Notes: generated by a model not told the origin, from the sequence alone. A stretch of 64,000 nucleotides of DNA from Octopus sinensis (GCF_006345805.1 NC_043011.1:30888464-30952463); one strand, 5' to 3'. Numbered from the stretch's first letter, positions 1-13,490 are shown. A program made the numbers and translations.

Positions 1-824
1 TCCTGCAATTGTGGTACCCTTTGCCAGGAAATCTGTCATCACTACTCCGTCCTGGTCCCAGAAGACTGTGAGCATGACCTTGCCAGCGGAGGGCTGCACC
101 CTTGCCTTCTTTGGAGGGGGTGAGTCACGGTGCTTCCACTGCATTGACTGGGATTTGGTCTCTGGATCATCGTGATGGACCCAGGTTTCATTCTGTGTAA
201 TCAGTCTTTTGAAAAATTTTGACTCATCTTCTTGGCACATCTCCAAATTCACCCTCGAGCACTTGACGCGTTCTTGCTTCTGGAAAGGCGTGAGCAACCT
301 GGGAATCCATCTGGCAGACACCTTTTGCATATGCAAATGGTCATGAATGATAGTTTCCACAGACCCGGTACTAATCTTGACCTCATGGGCTATTTGGCGA
401 ATAACTATGCGTCGATCTTCCAAAATGGCAGCCTCAACTTGACGGACAGATGCCTCATCAATGGCAGAAGGGGGCGACCAGCTCTGGGAGCTGTTTCCAC
501 AGAGTTCCGACCATGTTTGAATTCACGATGCCAGCGTTTTACAAGGTCATATGATGGGGCATCATCACCATAAGTTACTTTCATTTCATCAAAAGTCTCC
601 CGTGGTGTGCGTCCTTTCAAATACAAAAACCGGATCACTGCTCGACACTCAACAGGCTCCATTTCACACTTGACTCGGTTCAAACACCTGTAAATCAGAA
701 ACCACAATTAATTCAGAGCTGTAATTTGCCACTTACTCTATAGAGACTAATTGCACATGCAAAATTGCAGCTAGATCAAACAACTGCAAGTGGGTCAGAG
801 GCATTACTTATTGAACGTCCCTCG

Positions 825-826
<2 letters not shown>
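1..826 (-). mobile_element. Mariner (Tc1/mariner) DNA transposon, 5' half; runs off the left edge of the window
   Basis: On the minus strand the TIR-like end reads TACGAGGGACGTTCAATAAGTAATGC (801-826) and ends in TA next to (TA)n. The transposase starts MEPVECRAVIRFLYLKG (ATG at 662) with an HTH region, then after a frameshift reads KVSARWIPRLL (WVPHEL-like motif), ITQNETWVHH and GKVMLTVFWD. Confidence 0.9.

Positions 827-899
<73 letters not shown>
826..899. repeat. (TA)n microsatellite at the mariner TA target
   Basis: Read directly from the sequence. Confidence 0.95.
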
Positions 900-901
<2 letters not shown>

Positions 902-2491
902 GAGATTCAGATGAATTAGGTACTTAAGCTGAAGCACCAAACATTAGTGCGGTACTATCCGTACAACCTCAAAATAAGTGAATGAAATCAAAAAAAGCAA
1001 CAGGATATCCAGAGCTGATGCAGTACGACCGTTTCAAGCGGCTCCTTTTAATTGAACAATGCAATCATTACATCATTTTAAATGCAGGGCTACTCTCAGC
1101 TGCATAAATAAATAAATAGAATTTTTTAATCAGTCGGACACATTAATATAATTTTGCTTAAATACTCTAATAGAGTAAGAAGACATCAGGAAAAAAAAAT
1201 TGTTTGGGTCATAGCGTGTCACTGATTTTGGTTCAGTTTTAATTTATTAGTCTTGTTTATCAAATCTAAAACTAGAGAATTGTGTCTATTAGGAAAAGGC
1301 AGGAAAGAGTTGACAGAACATAGTGGGTATAGTCATAAAACTTGTCAAGATTATTTTGAAGTAGTATAAAGTAACTGGCTATAATGAGGTTGGCTAGTGT
1401 AAGATCTCAAAACAAGATGTTAATTACCAGTTAAAAGGGCAAGACGCTAATAAAACCAATAATGATAAAACAGAGGAAATTTTGTCATGGGGTACGATAG
1501 GAGATTAATTTAAACAATATTGTTATGTTGTATAAAGATAAAATTTAGGGTTATCAAGAAAAATATTATAACCAAATGATAAATTTTGAATAATTTTGAA
1601 TGCATACAAAATTTTCAACAACGGAGAGAAAAAATTTATCTGTGGAATAACACTGCCTTCAATGGTGTCATGTCAAACATTGCTTTTAGGATGTTGGTAA
1701 ACGCGTCAATTTTGGATGCGAATACATGTGCATACACGAGCATATACGAGACTTCAAATTTAGTAGATAAACACATTTGGGGCATCATCTCATTTAGTGA
1801 TTTCTGTCTTCCTGATTTCCTTTGCGTTAGCCTTGCTATGTTGGGATAATTAGCTTTCAGTATTGATTAAATGCATAATACGTGAATATTCACGCGTACC
1901 GAAATATGAAAATACAAAAATATTGAAACGTATACTATTGAATGCAACATGTAGCACACACCGCATTTTGTAGATATAAGTACTTGAGTATCGTATAATT
2001 TATTATGCTTTCACAAGTAGTGAGCGTGTATTAGTCCATAAAATACATTTCGCAATATATCTGGTATCTTGTATATATGCTATGTATAAGTTGCACATAA
2101 GTAAGCAGTTTAGAAACCCGACTTAAGTTCCAATGAGTATATGTCTCCTATTTAAATTGTCCACATCCGCAATTTTCCAGTTACATCTTAAATTCGCCTA
2201 GGTTAAATAGATGGGATAGAGGTCAAGGCGTCATTCTTGGCACTTCGTAATTTAAGTTGCTTGCACGTGCAATGAAATGTTTCTTTCTTGATGTCCAAAT
2301 GTTCGCTGTTGATGATTTGGTGTTAAATTCCTCAGTGGTACAAGGGTGGCAACTGCGGCCTTGTCCCTAGTATTTACTGGCAATGATGCACCCGCTTCCT
2401 TGTGGGTTTCCCACGCTCCTGAAAATACAAGAAATATTTTTCTCAATTAATCAAAACAATGTCTTCGTAGCCCCAAACGACATATCCAAGT

Positions 2492-2632
2492 GTTATTAAC
2501 CTATTCTTTTCATCTCAGCTCTGCTCTTAGTTACGGACTTTTCAGTCGACAGTTTTGTAATGAATTGCTGACTTCATTTCGCAAACTTTTCCAGTTATGA
2601 GAATGACAAAATATCAGAACTCCTTCAATTGA
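2492..2632 (+). pseudogene. GPCR paralog remnant (TM7 and C-terminus only)
   Basis: TATCTCAGCTCTGCTCTT...TACGGACTTTTCAGTCGACAGTTTTGTAATGAATTGCT aligns to 54552-54698 and 14800-14944. The NPYIY codons are deleted. The downstream flank, including AATAAA at 2741, aligns to the 3' flanks of both other copies. Confidence 0.85.
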
Positions 2633-2787
2633 ACATTTTATGATCATTCACAGGTGTTTTATATTGCTTTTTAGCAATTACAAACAGGATTCGCCATAAA
2701 AGACAATGTTTTTTGAATATCTAAATATTATGTTTAAACAAATAAAGCGTTTTCAGACTACATAACTGCATGAACCTAATCAAAAGG

Positions 2788-2930
2788 CTGTATGGTAAGA
2801 AGCTTGCTTCCCAGCCACACGATTCCGGGTTCAGTCCCACTGCGAGTCACTAAATAAATCCTGGAGTCGATTTCTTCGACTAAAGGCGGTGCTCCAGCAT
2901 GGCTGCAGTCAACTGACTGAAACAAGAAAA
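2788..2930 (+). mobile_element. tRNA-derived SINE, internally deleted
   Basis: Has a tRNA-like head (TATGGTAAGAAGC...GGGTTCAGTCCC) and the tail GGCGGTGCTCCAGCATGGCTGCAGTC...GACTGAAAC. The same tail recurs reversed at 52661-52705. Confidence 0.7.
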
Positions 2931-2953
2931 AGGAATTTAAAAGAAAAGAATAT

Positions 2954-2956
<3 letters not shown>

Positions 2957-3002
<46 letters not shown>

Positions 3003-3096
3003 GTGTGTGTGTGTGTGTTTGTGTGTGAAAGAGAGAGAGAGTGAGTGAGTGAGTGAGTGAGTGAGTAAGTGAGTGAGTGAGTGAGTGAGTGAGTGT
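2957..3096. repeat. (GT)n / (GA)n / (GAGT)n compound microsatellite
   Basis: Read directly from the sequence. Confidence 0.95.
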
Positions 3097-4689
3097 AGAG
3101 GAAAATATTTTCTGAGCGGATACCGTGGCCGCTCTCAGTTATCTTCCAGTTTACGGCTAGCCGCATCGATTCGTATTTAACGTCCATGACTACTAGGTGT
3201 TGTCACTCACTTTGAAAACTCCGTGATCGCTTCACTGGATGGCAATATCATCTGGAGTGTATATTAGCAATAATTATAACAGCAGAAAATATGGAAACTG
3301 GTACATCGTCAAAACTTATTTCCTTTTATTTTAGAATGTCATACAGTATATTTTTATGGTTAAAAAACCTACACTTGTTTCCAGCTTGGCTGGTTGAAAG
3401 ACCCTGAACGAAGCTGCATAGAAAATTATGCCCAGTTGTATTATAGTTGAAAAACATCAAAGACGGCTGATGCGGCAGGCCTGCATGAAGACCTACGAAA
3501 AATCCGTCGGGTAAGTAAAATTTAAAATGCTATATTTAATGAAAAACTCGCGCAGGGGCGATATCACGTGACTGAGGTACGAAGAATCCTTTCGCTTGCT
3601 TGAGGGAGGGCCATCCAGTTTGAAAAAGAAAAGCATTTTTGTGAGTATAGAAAGAGAAAGATGTAGAGTGAAATGGGAAGAGAGATGTAGGAATTCAAGA
3701 ATAACAGAAGGAAGGACAAGAGTATTTAAATGTGTGAATGATTGTGAAGAAGATCGACTCGAAAAAAATTAGAGGCGAAAGAAATCGTCTCAACTATTTT
3801 ATACATGCTTTAAGTAGCTTTGTAGAATGTACTTCCGTTCATGTGAACACCATGTAAACACCTACGATTTGGCAGTTAGCTACATTCCAGGCTTAAGATA
3901 GGTCGTTTTTCTGCTAAATGCAACCCTCATCATCAGCTGTTGGGATTACATTTCTCTAAAAGCTTCCTTTTATTGTTGTAGCTTTCGTTCTTTTCCCTCA
4001 AACAGCCAAGTTTATACAGGATGTACTGTTTTGTTCATTCCCGCAGGAAAGTGCACATGTCTATTGAAAAGCTTTTGTTACTTGTTTGTGGATAGATTAA
4101 GGAATTATTTACCCAATATTTAGTCCACCACGCGCCTTCATTGGTCAGTTAAAGTTGAGACAGTGTCACGGGAAAACTTGCTGGGGCTGCCTACTGGAGG
4201 CTAGCAGATGGTATTTAAAGGGAAATTTGACAAGACAGTCAGTCGCCCGCTGATATTCGTTGACGCAACATCGAAGAGGCTAGGGAACAGAAGAAAGAAG
4301 ACATGCACCCAACACCAGAAATGAAGACACCTCCGAAAGGGGAAGGCGCCACGTCAAAACGGTAGATGAGTATGGGCCGAAACCGAACGTGGTTCCTCCT
4401 GATGATGTCTTGTTATAACTGGATCCTATAAAGGAGCTGTTGTGGTAGCAGACCAGGAATACCGGATGAAATTCCTCCCATGTCAACTTTTCATTTTAAT
4501 AGAGATTCTTGTCTTTTAGTCTCGCAGCAGACGTACTTGGTACAGTTAGACTAAGATTCGTAACGTGTGAATCTTACAAATGTAGGGCTATGCTCCACCC
4601 GACGTTCGGCATCATGGTCACTGTCAGATAATGTGATCGCCATTACAAACATGCACAACACTTACGCACGCGCTCTCTCTCTCTCGCGC

Positions 4690-5104
4690 GCGCAGAGAGA
4701 GTTATGCAAATTAATTCGGTTAATTGATATACATTGATAACATTGTTGTTAGCTTTCTTCATGAGAGATATTGGTGTCCCTATATAGTTAGATTAATTAA
4801 CTTTTAATTGTAACAGGATGTGTGACGTATTACAATTATATTTACTTGTGAAATGTGTTGAGTCTCGCATGAGAAGAGTAACGAAACGTCTACTAATACT
4901 GCTGGTGGTATGTATACGCATATAATATTAATGATTTTCTTCTTGCTTAGCTCCGTAATCGAAGCTGATCCAACAAATCCATCATCAAAAACAATTCACC
5001 AGTGATCATGCTGTCTCTCTTTTCTTTCTTTTTTTCAGGAGTTGTATTTCCTGAACCGTCTTTTCTAACATAACTTAATATATTGTTCTCTCTCTGTCTC
5101 TGTC

Positions 5105-5169
<65 letters not shown>

Positions 5170-7400
5170 CTCGTCAATTTTAGCATGTTTTGCTATTGTT
5201 GGTGGTGGTGGTGTTGAGCTCCATAGATCAAAGAACATTAATAATTATATATCTCACTACTTTATCCACTCAAACATCTATCAAATCACATTTACTCGGG
5301 ATATTATATAAATCAGATATAGTTTATCCTCAGGTCAGTCCTAATCCAACAAATCTCTGATCAACGACACTCTCTTCACAACCATTCCACCTTTTCTTTA
5401 TTGAGTTAGGATGTTATATGAGAGAAAATTGTTTTCTGTTTCTAGCAGTTTGAGGGACTAGGCACAAGATTTAACATTCGCTGCATATAAATCAATTGCT
5501 ACTCTTACTGTGTTGCGTCTTTTCAACTGCCATTGCTGTATTTAAATGTCACTATCACAGTCAAAACCTTGTGAGATTAGACAACTTGGATTTCAAGTCC
5601 ATCTAAATACTCCTAAGTCCATATAAGGCATTGATAGCAACCTTTCACTTTTCCTTTTTTTCTGTCTTTGCTTACAGATATACAAATAGTCCGTAAGGTT
5701 TATCCGAATATTGGAACTTTTTCACTAGTCTCTTCAGAATTGCCTAGACGATTCCGCATTAAAAAAACGCTATATTGGTCCAAATGATTTTTCTGTTAAA
5801 ATACTATTCTAAATTTATTCAGTTAGACTTCTAACAAACTAAAATGCTTAGCGGCATTGCGTACGTCTGCACAATCTGAGTTCAAATTCCGCTGAGTTCA
5901 ACTTTGCCTTTTATCCTTTCGAGGTCGATAAATTAAGTACCAGTGAAACACTGGGGGTCGACGTAATCGACTAGTCCCCTCTCCCAACATTTCAGGCCTT
6001 GTACTTGTCGTAGAAAGGATTTCTTACTCAACATTTAGGAATGTCATCTGAATATCAACATCACATTCAACTATTATGATTATGTGTATTTTTGTCAATT
6101 TACGAAAAGAGCTCATATATGTTTCAGTGACAGAAAATTTTCTTATGCTTTTTTTTTTTCTCCATCTCCCATATACTCTCTGTTTATCTGTCGAATTTTA
6201 TCTCTCCCTCTCTCTCTCTCCCTGTCTATCCTTCTCTCCCTATCTCTGTCCCTCTCTCTCTCTCTCTCTCTCTGTCTTTCTCCCTCTTTCCCCCTCTCTT
6301 TCCCTCTCTCCCTGCTTTATCTCCCTCTCTGTCTCCTTTTTATGTCTCTCTTATAACAAATTTCATTTAAATTAGCTACAAAATTACCATTACTTTGACC
6401 TATATCATATATTACTTTAATTTGTTTATTCTACGTATTGTCAACAGTGTCACTAAAATAATATGCTAATGTATCTTTCCCGGCACTTGAAACCTTCAGT
6501 GACCAGATTAGCAAATAGTTATGCGGGAATTGCTTGGTGAAAGACTAGTTGGTAGGTTTCAAGGCAAGACATCGCATATGAAGTTTAAATATCAAGAACG
6601 ATACGAAACACAAAAACTGTATTGCCAGTACTAAAGAACATTTAATGGTCCCTGGAGACCTTGTGAGCTTGACAACTCATCTACATTTCTATTTTTGACG
6701 GACTTCAGCGGTTGTCTTCTAAATTATTCCGAAAAATACTTCCTAACTATTCTTGCATATATATACAGATCACACCGTCCCATTTTGTCTAAGTTTCCTG
6801 TAGTCTTCTATTCACCCACCTGTTTTCGTATTTTCTGTTTGTTTCATTCATCATTTGGTGACTAAATATGAATTCTTTAAGATTTAGTATATTCGTGTTC
6901 AAATACACGGTTCCTCTCGGAATAGCCGTCAATGCAAGGAAAATAACTATTCGTTCGCGATGTGAGGCAGGGTTGAAAATTAAGAACTACAAGAAAGTAT
7001 ACTCACAGAACTCTCATATTCAATTTCCTTTTATCTATTGCGATATATTTCCAATTGCTAGTGCGTGTTGATTAAGTATAGCACTATTTCATTTGTTTTC
7101 GAAACCTTCAGCACGATATAACCTATAACTTATTAAATCGATATATCACGAAGAGAGTCATTAATTGAAATTAAAGATGAAATTATTTACCATCTGGCAG
7201 TAATATATAGAATCTTTATTTTACTTCTTCATAGAACGTTGATAGTTTGGAATCAAGGAAAACAGAGAACGTCCTTAGTGCTTGCATACAGAGTAATAAT
7301 CGTTGAATAGCATTATCTCTCGTAAAAATGTATAAAAGTTGCAAATAATTTTAACATCATTTTGATTTCATCTGCATTTTTCGATATATTTTTACTAACT
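4690..7400 (+). repeat. Segmental duplication block A (non-coding, upstream of GPCR); paralog at ~40945-45800
   Basis: Collinear matches by eye: 5530-5850 with 42830-43145; 6520-6660 with 45225-45410; 7065-7385 with 45470-45800. Confidence 0.8.
5853..6020 (+). mobile_element. SINE (GAGTTCAAATTCC B-box family), 5'-truncated
   Basis: Homologous to 42111-42318 (CTTTCG.GGTCGATAAATTAAGTACCAG). It is absent from the paralogous site near 43145. Confidence 0.8.
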
Positions 7401-7424
7401 ATGCGTTTATATAAGAAAAAATAT

Positions 7425-7575
7425 GTCACTCTTTTCAAACCTAGCCAGGCTCATGGGCCCGATTTCCCAGTTTCTGTTGCGTATGTGTTCCCCCCAGCTG
7501 GACGGGACGCCAGTCCATCGTATCGTTACTCAAGAAACAGGAAGAGAGAGTGAGAGAAAGTTGTGGCGAAAGAGT
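7425..7575 (-). mobile_element. SINE 3' fragment (tail X)
   Basis: Reverse complement of the body and tail of the 52016-52318 SINE. Confidence 0.8.
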
Positions 7576-8245
7576 ACAACAAATTCGCAAGGAAACTTGG
7601 CATTAACCCTGAATTAGATGAAGAACCTAAAAGCACTGTCATCAAGCAGACTGCAAAAAGAACGGACAGAAACAAATTGAGGAGCAGTAGAGCCCGAAGC
7701 TTCTGCATGGACAGTATATACTTCGAAGTCGAAATACTGATGTAGACCAAGCAGCAAACCATCAGGGCTAAGAAGTTCAGGACTGAAAGCACAGACTGAA
7801 GGTTTCATATTGGCGGCACAAGATCAAAGCTTGCTTACCAAAAGCTACCAGCTAACGTTCTTCAAAACGGTTCTAACCCTAAATGCAGATTCTGCGATAA
7901 ATTTCACTTAACAATAGACCATCTTGTCTCAGGATGTCCTGTGCTGACACCAAACGTATACAAAATCGCCAGGATAGGGTAGGACAGAATTTACATTGGA
8001 AAATATGTAATCACTACAAAATCAGCACTCCTGCTTACTGGTATGAACATGATCCTGAACCAGTCGATGAAGGTAAAAATGTCACTATCCTCTGGGATTT
8101 TCTGTCAACAGCGACAGAACGTTCCAGGTTAATCGGCCAGTCATTGTAGACTAATAGATGTAAGTAAAGGAATTTGACAAATCCAGTAAATATAAAGTCT
8201 TGGACATTGAAATACAAAGGACGTGGCGTTAGAAGCTGTGCAAAG
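7576..8245 (+). mobile_element. R4/Dong-type non-LTR retrotransposon, degenerate 3' fragment
   Basis: Frameshifted GFILAAQDQSL, CRFC...DHLVSGC zinc knuckle and NVTILWDF; homologous to 35672-37084. Confidence 0.85.
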
Positions 8246-8434
8246 ACAATAAAGGAAGAAGAAGAAGAAGAAGAAGAAGAAGAAGAAGAAGAAGAAGAAG
8301 AAGAAGAAGAAGAAGAAGAGAAGAAGAAGAAGAAGAAGAAGAAGGAGAAGAAGAAAGAAGAAGAAGAAGAAGAAGAAGAAGAAGAAGAAGAAGAAGAAGA
8401 AGAAGAAGAAGAAGAAGAAGAAGAAGAAGAAGAA
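8245..8434. repeat. (GAA)n microsatellite
   Basis: Read directly; it explains the poly-E, poly-S and poly-L ORFs here. Confidence 0.95.
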
Positions 8435-8435
8435 C

Positions 8436-10640
8436 TGAAACAGTGCCCCGATGCAAAAAAAAAAAGCAAAGATGGTAAGATAAGACCAAAGAATGAAGGG
8501 TTACCACCAGAAGAGGTTATTCAGAGTGGATTAGAAGAGATTCTACAAAGAAATAAATGGAGAGAGTATAGATGAAAATTTGATGCCAGATAACATTCAA
8601 AATCAAATGTTTTGGAGTGACATCTGGAGCAAAGACAAGGACCATAAGAAGGATGCTGAATGGTTGCAAGAACTTAAACAAACAGTACTCTGTCCAAAAC
8701 AAGCAGAACTAGTCATTTCAGTTAGGGAAATGAATGAAATCAACAAAAAGGGCAAAAGGACTGCAAGACTGTTCAGATGGAATTCAAGGCTACTGGAACA
8801 AAAGATTTGATGAATGTCATGCACGAATAGCTGCACAACTCAACATCTTGTTACATGCCGTCTAAATAATACCAGAGTAATTGACAATGGGTAGGACAGT
8901 GCAGTGCTTGAAAAACATCGATAAAGGCAATACGGTAGACAATTACAGGCCGATATCCTGCTTGCCACTTATGTGGAAAGTATTGACTGGAATACTAGCA
9001 GCGTCAATGTACGAACATCTGGGGGGGAAATGGAATCCTGCCACATGAGCAGAAGAGTTGCAAGCCTAAGTGCAGGGGCACCAGAGATCAACTCCGTGTA
9101 GACAAAAATGTACTTTGAGACTGCAAGAGGAGGTAAACTAACTTGGCCTTGTCATGGATCGATTATCGTAAGGCGTATGATATGATCCCACATTCTTGGG
9201 TATGGACCTACTTGGTATTGCATCGAATGTTGAGCGATTACTTGGAAAAAGTAAGGCGAATTGGGGGACGAAGTTGACAGCAAATGGAAGAAGTTTAGGG
9301 ACCATAGAAATCAGGAAAGACATCTTCAAAGGGAACTGCCTGTCACCACTGATCTTTGTACTGTACATGATACCACTAACACTGATTCTGAGGAAAGCAA
9401 AGGCTGTGTATGTATTCAAAAGCCGCCAACAAATGTCAACCACTTATTATTCATGGATGACCTCAACCTTTATGGTAAAGATGAATCCCAAGTCAGTTCG
9501 TTCGTTGATACGGTGTATACTTTCAGTGCTGACATCAAAATGGAGTTCGGACTGAAAAAGTATGGTGCGTTAGTCTTGAAGAGAGGCAAAATCAAATGTA
9601 TGTGACGAGCTAGCGATACTGCCGGGGAAGGTTATGAAGCAGATAGAAGATACGGGCTATAAGTACCTGGGGATTTTGGAAATGGATAAATTGATGGAGA
9701 AAGAAATGACAGAAAGATTTAAAGTGGAGTACTTGCGCAGACTGAGACTGATCCTTAAGTTAAAATTAAACGTACGGAATAAGATTGAAGCTATCAACAC
9801 CTGGGCAGTTTCACTACTTAGATATGGAGCAGAGGTAATTGCATGGACAGTCGACTAATTAAACAGCTTAAACAGAATGACAAGGAAGTTACTGACTAGA
9901 TATGGGATACTCCATCCAAAACGTAACACAGACAGACTGTATGTACCGCGAAAAGGAGGGGAAAGAGGACTGATTTGATGCGAACACAGCATTAGAGCAG
10001 AGGAAAACAGCACAGCATGCAATGTATAATATGCCACAGAACCACTATTATTGGACGTAAGAAAGTCAGGCTTGTGTAGGATGGAAGATTGCAAAGATAA
10101 AGCACTGTACAAGCACTTTGAGAGTGAATGAAACTGCAAATAGGTGGACAAAGAAAGAATGCATGGACAATTTCATAGGGATGTTGATGATAAGACAGAG
10201 AGAGAAAAAGATGGCTATGGATGACTAAAAGTGATTTAAAACCGGAAACAGAATCCCTAATCTGTGCCGTCGAAGAGCATGCATCAAGAACGAATTACAT
10301 CAAATACAGAATAGACAACACATTGGATAGTGATAAGTGCAGACTTTGTAGACAAAATGGTGAAACCTGTGGCATATTACTAGTCAATGCATGCCATTGG
10401 ACGCTTTGCAACAAGTATGGACTTAACAGAGCAAAAACGTGGTACGAGCATTAAACCATGAGATAGAGAGTAGGAAACTAGACAAAGTGTTAATTGAGAA
10501 AGAAAGCAAACGATGCTGGATATAGCATGCATAGCTGACAACAAGGTATACGATAAGGAAGAAAAATGTCGATAGATAAGACAGGTTAGCTTGAGAGGTT
10601 AAGCAATTGTGGTCGATGGAAAAGGTGGCAGTAGTACGAA
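8436..10640 (+). mobile_element. R4/Dong-type LINE (family B), degenerate RT to RLE region
   Basis: Fragments [61 protein letters not shown] and CRLC, with many stops and frameshifts. Confidence 0.9.
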
Positions 10641-10659
10641 TAACTGTCGGAAACCTGGT

Positions 10660-11890
10660 AAGAATGAAAAAGAGAGATTCCTTAATACAGACAGCAAGAC
10701 TGTTCAGCAAAGATATAGGATGGAATTTGGCATAGATAAGTATGCAATATTTGTCATGAAAAGGGGACATGCAGTCATAAGCGAATGCATCCAATTACGA
10801 GATGGCCAGACATTAAAATCACCGAGAGAAGTAGGGAGTTATAAGTATCTAGGAGTATTAGATCTGACAGAGTACTAATTATAGAAACGGAAACGAAAAT
10901 TGAGAAGGAGTACATCAGAAGGATAAGGAAGTTTATGAAATCAAAACTAAATTGTCCGAAACTAGTGAAGGCTTTAAATACGTGGATAGTATCTTTACTT
11001 AGATACTCAGCAGTTTTTGTAGATTGGACAAAAACTACATTAGCAAAGCTTGACAGAAGAATTGTTAATGAATTCAATATGAATGGAGGACTCCATCCAA
11101 CACAGGAGTAGCAAGATTATACTTGGCTAGAAAGGAAGTGGAAGAGGAATAATATCAGTAGAAGACTGTGTGGAGTTAGCTAGAGTAGATATAGACTCCT
11201 ACGTAGATAATAGTAAAGAATGTTTAGAGAGCTACTTCAATCACAGCAAGACATAGGGAAAACAAAAAACAAACAAAGTTAAAAGCCAGAAAAACAAACA
11301 AAAGACTGGCAGGAGAAGGCTTTGCATAGTAGATTCCCAAAGATGATTGTAGCAAATAGTAGTAGTGAGACATGGTTATGGTTGCAGAAAGGACGGCTGA
11401 AACGAGAGACAGAAAGTTTGTTAGAAGCAGCATAAGATCAAGCATCAAGGATTAATTGGATAAAAAACTAAAACAGACAAAATTAAGTGCATTCCCAATG
11501 TAGGTTATGCAAATCAAAAGAGGAATGTGTTTCTCATATAGTAAGTGAATGTATTATGCTGGCACAGAAAGAATATATGAAACGGGCATGTCAACCTAGA
11601 GACAACATTCAGACTGACATAGTAACAGAAAGCCTAATTTAGAAGTAGTAGACAGTACCAATTAATTGACTTTACAGTCCCAATTTATGAAAAAATAAAT
11701 ATGAGAGGTATAGAAAAATAACAAAGTTCCAGGACCTAGCTATTAGATTACAGAAACTGTGGAAAGTGCGGGTAAAATGTATCCCAGTAGTTATAGGTAC
11801 AACAGAAACTATACATACAGATTTGTACAGATGGAGAGAGGAAACAGGCATAAAACCCATTTAGTACAGCTGCAGAAAACAGTGTTATTA
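10660..11890 (+). mobile_element. Second R4/Dong-type LINE, degenerate 3' part
   Basis: MEFGIDKY, YKYLGVL, KALNTW, WLWLQKGRLKRETESLL, CRLC...SHIVSEC and KFQDLA...KCIPVVIG. Confidence 0.8.
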
Positions 11891-12540
11891 TACATACATA
11901 CATACATACATACATACATACATACATACATACATACATACATACATACATACATACATACGTTCGGCTTTTTCTCCCCAAAGTGTTTCTTAAGCCAATA
12001 TTTAGATGCTATTACATATAACTTTATCTACTTCGACTTTAACCATTAAAAACGAATTATTTCACACGACATCTCTAAAAAAATTTTGATGTCACCAATA
12101 TGCAGTTCTCACTTATAAGAACAAAGTTTCGAAACTGGATGGAGAAATTTGAAAGATTATTTTGTTCCAATGGCAGAACGTCTATCATATTTGCAACACG
12201 TGTAGGTTCGAGACCCAACAATAGAATTCATCCTTCCAAATGGTATTTTTAACCATAATTCTATTATTTACAGCTTAATGTGCTTCGGATTCAACCATTA
12301 ACAACGAGCACACTCATACACAGAAGCACATACTTATATGGCTTATTTACTAGTTCTTCCCAATATATGATTGATATCGAAAATTTAGCAATTTCACAGT
12401 GTATATCCACAAATATTTGTTCATAAATATCATGCGTAATTAATATTTGATAAATGTATTTCTTGTTTTTGTACAAATCTTTGTTGACATTATTTACATT
12501 ATTTACATTTGTCGGATATTTCTCCTCTTCTTGTATGTTG

Positions 12541-12590
12541 TTAACGTAACGTTTCGGCTGATATACCCTCCAGTCTTCATCGGTTTTAAG
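12541..12590 (-). ncRNA. Degenerate minimal hammerhead ribozyme (U4 to C change)
   Basis: Minus strand reads AAAAC CCGATGA AGACTG gagggtatat CAGCC GAAAC GTT ACGTT. Confidence 0.5.
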
Positions 12591-13420
12591 GAAGGATAGG
12601 AACATATTAGATTTACAAGCCCTAAAATCCAACCAGCCGAAACGTTATGTTAACAACAAATACCCGTCAAAAGTAAATAATGTAAATAATGTACATAATT
12701 CCTTATTTCTAAAATGTAGAACTGAGCCGACATTACATTTCAATGGAGACACAGGGTCACTTCAACAAAAACTAGCTCGTCTTTCAAACCATCTAACTTT
12801 CCAAGTATGGATTCAGGACGTCCGTATACACCACGAAGAAATTATCAAGCTCAATAACAATCTATTAAGCAACAACTACCCCAAAAACATATTATCCACT
12901 CCAGTTATGAAAAGAGAGAATGAAACCAATAAACTGTTCACAGTCTGTCTACCCTATGTGAAAGACCTCTCCGAAAAGATACAAAAGATATGTAGCCCAT
13001 ATGACGTCAGGACAGTATTCAAGAGTAATACAACACTTCGCAAATATCTCCTTCGAGAAAAACACTCAACAGAAGAGAATATGACCAAAGATTGCGTGTA
13101 CTCCATCCCATGCAGCTGTGGTAGATTATACAAGGGCGATACATGCCGCTCCTTCAAAGTAGGGATAGAGAAACATAGCAAAGCTGTGACACGAGGAGAT
13201 ATTGATAAATCGGGTATAGCTGATCATGTATGGAAAAATGGAGACCACCTACCCCTGTGGGATGAAGTTAAAATGATAGACAGAGAACACATCTGGAAAA
13301 TACGAAGCAGCACATATGCTAGGACACAACTATCTCCTAAGCAGACAGAGTGCAGATATGAATAGCATAAGAAAATATTAGATTTAGAAGCCCTAAAATT
13401 CACTCCATAATTGCCCACAG

Positions 13421-13490
13421 TCATATGGCGTAGTGGATAAGAGTGCGGGCTACTAACCCCAAGATTCCGAGTTCGGACAGTGACCTGAAT
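13421..13490 (+). promoter_or_regulatory. tRNA-like SINE head (Pol III A box, truncated B box) inside the PLE 3' region
   Basis: A box TGGCGTAGTGG at 13426-13436 and GAGTTCG at 13469-13475, followed by (AAT)n. Confidence 0.6.

Noticed and set aside
232-573. 113-aa plus-strand ORF
   Set aside because: It is the antisense shadow of the mariner transposase.
901-1110. Possible PLE end with a hammerhead-like GAAACGGTC-GTACTGC on the minus strand
   Set aside because: No recognisable CUGANGA or UUGANAA core and no stem II can be built; too decayed to call.
1586-1849. 87-aa ORF in a segment duplicated at 15210-15385
   Set aside because: No recognisable domain, and the frame is not preserved in the paralog.
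3733-4578. Possible second solo LTR (TG...TTACA, AATG flanks, ATTGG and TATTTAAA inside)
   Set aside because: A 4-bp match plus TG is likely by chance over this distance in AT-rich DNA, and there is no empty-site support.
4703-4710. Octamer motif ATGCAAAT
   Set aside because: Not conserved at the paralogous position near 40965; a single 8-mer is expected by chance.
8035-8575. Poly-S, poly-E and poly-L ORFs
   Set aside because: Translations of the (GAA)n tract.
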